Positions 60,171-64,000 of a stretch of DNA of 64,000 nucleotides are shown in pieces. This DNA is from an uncultured Pseudobdellovibrionaceae bacterium. Its GTDB lineage: Bacteria; Bdellovibrionota; Bdellovibrionia; Bdellovibrionales; UBA1609. The stretch's first letter is position 1; every line of letters starts with the position of its first letter. The notes below the pieces were generated by a model. The model worked only from the letters and a program-made list of their open reading frames with translations. It had not been told where the DNA came from and did not search any database. The stretch covers positions 416,001 to 480,000 of the forward strand of contig CAWDNU010000001.1 in assembly GCA_963803705.1 (NCBI GenBank). Direction: 5' to 3'. The position numbers were made by a program, and so were the translations under genes.

Positions 60171-61232
60171 TTGAGTGAATATAAAGTAAAAATAATAGAA
60201 AAAAAGATAGTGGCACTAGATTCAGTTTCGCTAAGATTTGAAATTCCTAAAAAAGCTAAGTCTGCCTTCCAGTATAAGGCCGGCCAATTCATTGGAATCC
60301 AAGCTGAAGTTAAAAAAGAAAAAGTAGTGCGCAGTTACTCTTTAAGTTCTAGCCCCGAGCAAGAGGACTTTATTGAAGTGACTTTGAAAAAAGTTTTAGA
60401 GGGTAAAATGTCAAGTTTCTTGGTTGACGAAATTCAAGAAGGTGATGATTTGATTATCACCCCTCCGGTAGGGCAATTTGTTTGTGCTCCGTTGCAACAC
60501 CATCATATTTTATTTGCTGCTGGTAGTGGCATAACGCCAATTTATTCGATGATAAAAAGCCTGCTTTCCAGAGAAGCCTCGAAAGTAACTTTAGTATATT
60601 CAAATAAAAATTTGGCCACCACGATTTTTTCTGATGAACTAAAAAAACTTCAGGAAGATCATTCGCAATTTACTGTGAAATGGATTTTTACCCAGGAGGC
60701 CCCAGACTGGGAAGACGTCTCAGAGGGAAGACTTTCTTCAATCTTACTTAAAAGTCTTCATTTGCTTTGGCAAAGCGCCCATGATCCCGTATTTTACATG
60801 TGCGGTCCCGAAGGGTTTATGGAATCTATAGAGGCATTCTTAGGTCAAAATGGCTACGACAGTTCACAAATTAAAAAAGAGAGCTTTGTAACTTCAGTTG
60901 CTAGCTTAGACGCCGATGAAGTTATTGTGGGCGAGTTCAACGGAAAAGTTGAACCATGTCAGGAAATAGTAGCCGAGATTGATTTTGCAGATTGCACAGT
61001 TGTCCCTAATGATGGTGAAACAATTGTCGAGGCTTTATTACGAGACGGTTTTGATCCCCCGTATTCATGTCTAGATGGAAATTGCTTAGCTTGCCAGTGT
61101 GTGTTGAAAGAAGGCGCGGTGCAAGTTCGCGATACGGGAATCTTAAATTCTGATGACTACAAAGAGGGCCGATTGCTATCTTGCCAGGCGAAGCCCTTGA
61201 CCAAGAAAATTAAAGTAGTTTATGAATTTTAA
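60171..61232 (+). CDS. FAD/NAD(P)H oxidoreductase with C-terminal 2Fe-2S ferredoxin (PaaE-like)
   Basis: RSYSLSS, AAGSGITP, CGPEGFM, PYSCLDGNCLAC...LSCQ. Confidence 0.9.
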   Translation: MSEYKVKIIEKKIVALDSVSLRFEIPKKAKSAFQYKAGQFIGIQAEVKKEKVVRSYSLSSSPEQEDFIEVTLKKVLEGKMSSFLVDEIQEGDDLIITPPVGQFVCAPLQHHHILFAAGSGITPIYSMIKSLLSREASKVTLVYSNKNLATTIFSDELKKLQEDHSQFTVKWIFTQEAPDWEDVSEGRLSSILLKSLHLLWQSAHDPVFYMCGPEGFMESIEAFLGQNGYDSSQIKKESFVTSVASLDADEVIVGEFNGKVEPCQEIVAEIDFADCTVVPNDGETIVEALLRDGFDPPYSCLDGNCLACQCVLKEGAVQVRDTGILNSDDYKEGRLLSCQAKPLTKKIKVVYEF

Positions 61233-61274
61233 ATTTATTACTTGCAGCCTTGTTCAGATCCAATTTCTAGGTTT

Positions 61275-61976
61275 TTAATTATTAGGGACTCTTTCTAAAC
61301 TTTTTAGAAAATCTTTGCACTTTGTTAGAATTTCTACTGGGATTTCATGACCTCCGTTGAATAGGTGAAGCTCATGACTTTTTGATTGGGTCAAAGAGCG
61401 AAAGTGTTTAGCCCCCTGTGCAGGCAGCACAGGATCTTTATCGCCATGAGATTGAAAAATTTTTAAATCTTTAAGCATATTAGATTCAATCCATTTATGC
61501 TGTCGTATGACAGTGCCTGACATAAAGATTAATGCTCTGGGTTTGTACTTGGCCGAGCAAATAAAGTCCGTGCAGACCATTGCCCCTTGACTGAACCCTG
61601 CTAAAATAACGTCCTTCTGGTCAAGTTTCATCGAATCTAAAAATAGACTGATTTTTTTATGAAGCAAATCAATATTTTCTGGTTCTCTAGAATAATATTC
61701 TTTGAATTTATTTTCAGCCACAAGACGCTGAAAATGTTCTATATCTACATTGAACCAGGCCCGACCTCCAAATGCAGCAATCTGTGGGGGGGCCTCTGCA
61801 CCCTCTAAAAATAACCAGTTATAATTCAAACCTTTGATTGAGACCAGTTCAGAAATCGAGTAAAGGTCTGCGGCGTTTGCTCCATACCCATGAAAAATAA
61901 CTACGGTAGGTTTATCTGGGTTACCTGGGTTAAACATATATTTTAGGCCAGACTTTTTATCAGTTTGTAATTTCAC
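61275..61976 (-). CDS. Phospholipase/carboxylesterase (alpha/beta hydrolase)
   Basis: HGYGAN, GFSQG, HGDKDPV, GGHEI. Confidence 0.92.
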   Translation of the reverse strand: MKLQTDKKSGLKYMFNPGNPDKPTVVIFHGYGANAADLYSISELVSIKGLNYNWLFLEGAEAPPQIAAFGGRAWFNVDIEHFQRLVAENKFKEYYSREPENIDLLHKKISLFLDSMKLDQKDVILAGFSQGAMVCTDFICSAKYKPRALIFMSGTVIRQHKWIESNMLKDLKIFQSHGDKDPVLPAQGAKHFRSLTQSKSHELHLFNGGHEIPVEILTKCKDFLKSLERVPNN

Positions 61977-61977
61977 T

Positions 61978-62895
61978 TTAGTAAATCTCCTTCGCTGCTT
62001 TTTTAAGTCGATTCAGAATTGCAGACCAATTTGGATCATCAGCATCTTTATCCCACTCAATAATTAGAACATCAAAATTTTTCGAATTTTCAATTAGATT
62101 TTTATACAGAAACCGTGAAGCTATCTGAGGGTCAGGATTTAATTTTATCTCTTTGAATCTGGTGTCTTGAAACAAATTATAATCAATTTTACAGGATTGA
62201 AAAAGATGAAGAGGAGCATTTGGCTGATAGTGATCTTTCATGGAGCCTGGACCAGATAGGTCAAAGTTTTCAACAACTTCAAAAATTAGGCCTTGAGCTT
62301 TCAGAAACTTTCTCAGCTCGGCACAAGATATTTGACCAGGACGAAGCACTTCTAATTTTTTATTACTTATTCTAACAATCGTGGACTCTAAACCCACTTT
62401 GCAGGGCCCGCCGTCAACAATATCTAGATAAGGAAAATATGTTCTTACGTGGATCGCATCTGTTGGACTTGTCTTTTTAAATGGGTTAGCGCTGGGGGCT
62501 GCAATAGGAACTTTGATTATAGTAATAATATCTTGAAGGACAGGGTGATCCGCCCATCTTATGGCCACCGTATCAGCACCAGCGGTGACTAGATCAGAAA
62601 CAGAGTTAGGGTTCTTTTGAAAAACGATTGTCAGAGGACCTGGCCAAAATTTTTTAGCTAACGCTAGCAACAATGGGTCTGGCTTTGAAATATAATTATT
62701 TATCATTTCAATAGAATTGACATGGACGATCAACGGATCAAATAAAGGACGATCTTTTGTTTCAAAAACTTTTTTTAAACCGATTTCACTGTTAATTTTC
62801 GCAGCTAAACCATAAACAGTTTCAGTTGGTACTGCAACAACTCCACCGGCATTGAGAACATCAGTGGCTTGGTGGGTAGTTATAAAATCTTTCAT
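61978..62895 (-). CDS. sua5: L-threonylcarbamoyladenylate synthase Sua5
   Basis: PTETVYGL, FWPGPLT, AAPSAN, GLESTI, PGSMKDHY. Confidence 0.94.
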   Translation of the reverse strand: MKDFITTHQATDVLNAGGVVAVPTETVYGLAAKINSEIGLKKVFETKDRPLFDPLIVHVNSIEMINNYISKPDPLLLALAKKFWPGPLTIVFQKNPNSVSDLVTAGADTVAIRWADHPVLQDIITIIKVPIAAPSANPFKKTSPTDAIHVRTYFPYLDIVDGGPCKVGLESTIVRISNKKLEVLRPGQISCAELRKFLKAQGLIFEVVENFDLSGPGSMKDHYQPNAPLHLFQSCKIDYNLFQDTRFKEIKLNPDPQIASRFLYKNLIENSKNFDVLIIEWDKDADDPNWSAILNRLKKAAKEIY

Positions 62896-62957
62896 TGCTC
62901 TGCCTTGATCTGCACAGTGGGTGACAGAAGGGGAGTTATATATGTAAAGTTAAGCTT

Positions 62958-63437
62958 ATGAAAGTTTTATTTGTTTGTTTAGGAAATATTTGCAGGTCAC
63001 CTACTGCTGAAGCGGTTCTTAAATTTAAAATTGCAGAGAAAGACATGGGTGATTTAGTTCAGTGTGATTCTGCTGGGACCTCTGCATTCCACGAAGGGTC
63101 TAAAGCAGATATTAGGTCCTCTAATCACGCCAAACTAAGGGGATACAACTTAACAAGTGTATCTAGACAGTTACAAACTGATGATTTTTTTGAGTACGAT
63201 CTAATATTTACAATGGATGATTCTAATTTTGATAATGTTCGTGAGCTTGGTGATTCGATCAAAGCCGATCTTTCAAAAGTTAAAAAGTTAACAGATTTTT
63301 GCGTTAAGCATGAAATAAACCATGTGCCCGATCCCTACAAGATGGGTGACGAAGGGTTCGAACAAGTTTTGGATATTATAGAAGATGCTTGTGAACAGAT
63401 CCTGAAAACAGTGATATTGCCAAACTTTAAAAATTAA
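62958..63437 (+). CDS. Low-molecular-weight protein tyrosine phosphatase
   Basis: CLGNICRS, DSAGT, VPDPY. Confidence 0.95.
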   Translation: MKVLFVCLGNICRSPTAEAVLKFKIAEKDMGDLVQCDSAGTSAFHEGSKADIRSSNHAKLRGYNLTSVSRQLQTDDFFEYDLIFTMDDSNFDNVRELGDSIKADLSKVKKLTDFCVKHEINHVPDPYKMGDEGFEQVLDIIEDACEQILKTVILPNFKN

Positions 63438-63595
63438 TTGTTACATTTTATGTTCAAATAGATATACATCTTAATAGGCTCAAACAAGCATTGGCATTTG
63501 ACCTGCAAAATAAGGCAGGCCTTCATGCCAAAGAACTCGCTATTAAGATGTATATCTATTTGAACATAAAATGTAACAATTAATTTTTAAAGTTT
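63422..63595. repeat. Long hairpin element copy C: 56-bp perfect arms, 62-nt core
   Basis: Arms 63422-63477 / 63540-63595; core GCTCAAACA...GAACTCG. Confidence 0.92.
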
Positions 63596-63602
63596 AGCGA
63601 TA

Positions 63603-64000
63603 CTATTTTTGACAATTTGGACAGTAGTAAGTCGATCTGCCCGCGATTGTTTTATTTAAGATTAATGTTTTGCAATCAAAACAAGGTTTACCAGCTCTAG
63701 CGTAAACTCGCCAGAAGATTTGCATTCCGCCAGATTTGCCATCAACATTTTTATAATCTTTCAATGTGCTGCCTTTTAAGGTGATTGCTTGATTTAAAAC
63801 TTTAGTAATTTCAGTAAAAATTTTTATCCAATGACTTAGCTTTAGTCTATTGACGACCTTAGATGGTTTGAGGCCAGCTCTAAACAAGATCTCTGAAGCA
63901 TAAATATTGCCTATTCCAAGAATATTGTTCTGGTTCATTAAAAAGTTTTTGATATTGGTTTTTGAGTGCTTATGTTTTCGAAAAAAATCAGAAACATCAA
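63603..64000 (-). CDS. mutM: Formamidopyrimidine-DNA glycosylase, 3' part
   Basis: IKNFLMNQ..GIGNIYASEILF and zinc finger CFDC...RSTYYCPNCQ; frame open to the window edge. Confidence 0.93.
   Translation of the reverse strand, partial: DVSDFFRKHKHSKTNIKNFLMNQNNILGIGNIYASEILFRAGLKPSKVVNRLKLSHWIKIFTEITKVLNQAITLKGSTLKDYKNVDGKSGGMQIFWRVYARAGKPCFDCKTLILNKTIAGRSTYYCPNCQK

Noticed and set aside
63448..63459. XerD-like half-site TTATGTTCAAAT (dif)
   Set aside because: Imperfect match with no convincing XerC arm at 6-bp spacing

Overview
AT-rich bacterial chromosomal window. Gene content (Tad/Kil-like tadC-DUF192-FHA cluster next to maf-yggS-proC-divIVA, many orphan lipoproteins) suggests a Bdellovibrionales-type predatory bacterium; this is an inference. 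It is mostly housekeeping genes (citrate synthase, nth, lipA-E2-lpdA-lipB, rnhA, exbBD, valS, rnr, thyA-folA-purD, glmU-glmS, trmFO, mlaDFE, HU, dapF, sua5, mutM). No tRNA, rRNA, CRISPR array or transposase was seen. The main discovery is a family of three long intergenic hairpins (42059-42197, 51136-51329, 63422-63595). Their 41-68 bp arms are perfect or near-perfect but locus-specific, and two of them carry an inverted copy of the last 16 nt of the neighbouring gene. Their 57-62 nt loop is the conserved part, bounded by YGAGTTC...TGTTYGAGY. This is the reverse of an ordinary REP/MITE and suggests a small element that makes an inverted copy of its flank. Also present: a 125-bp MITE with a 4-bp target duplication, a doubly frameshifted E2 gene, an A10-tract frameshift in mlaE, and a histidine kinase lacking its ATPase domain.
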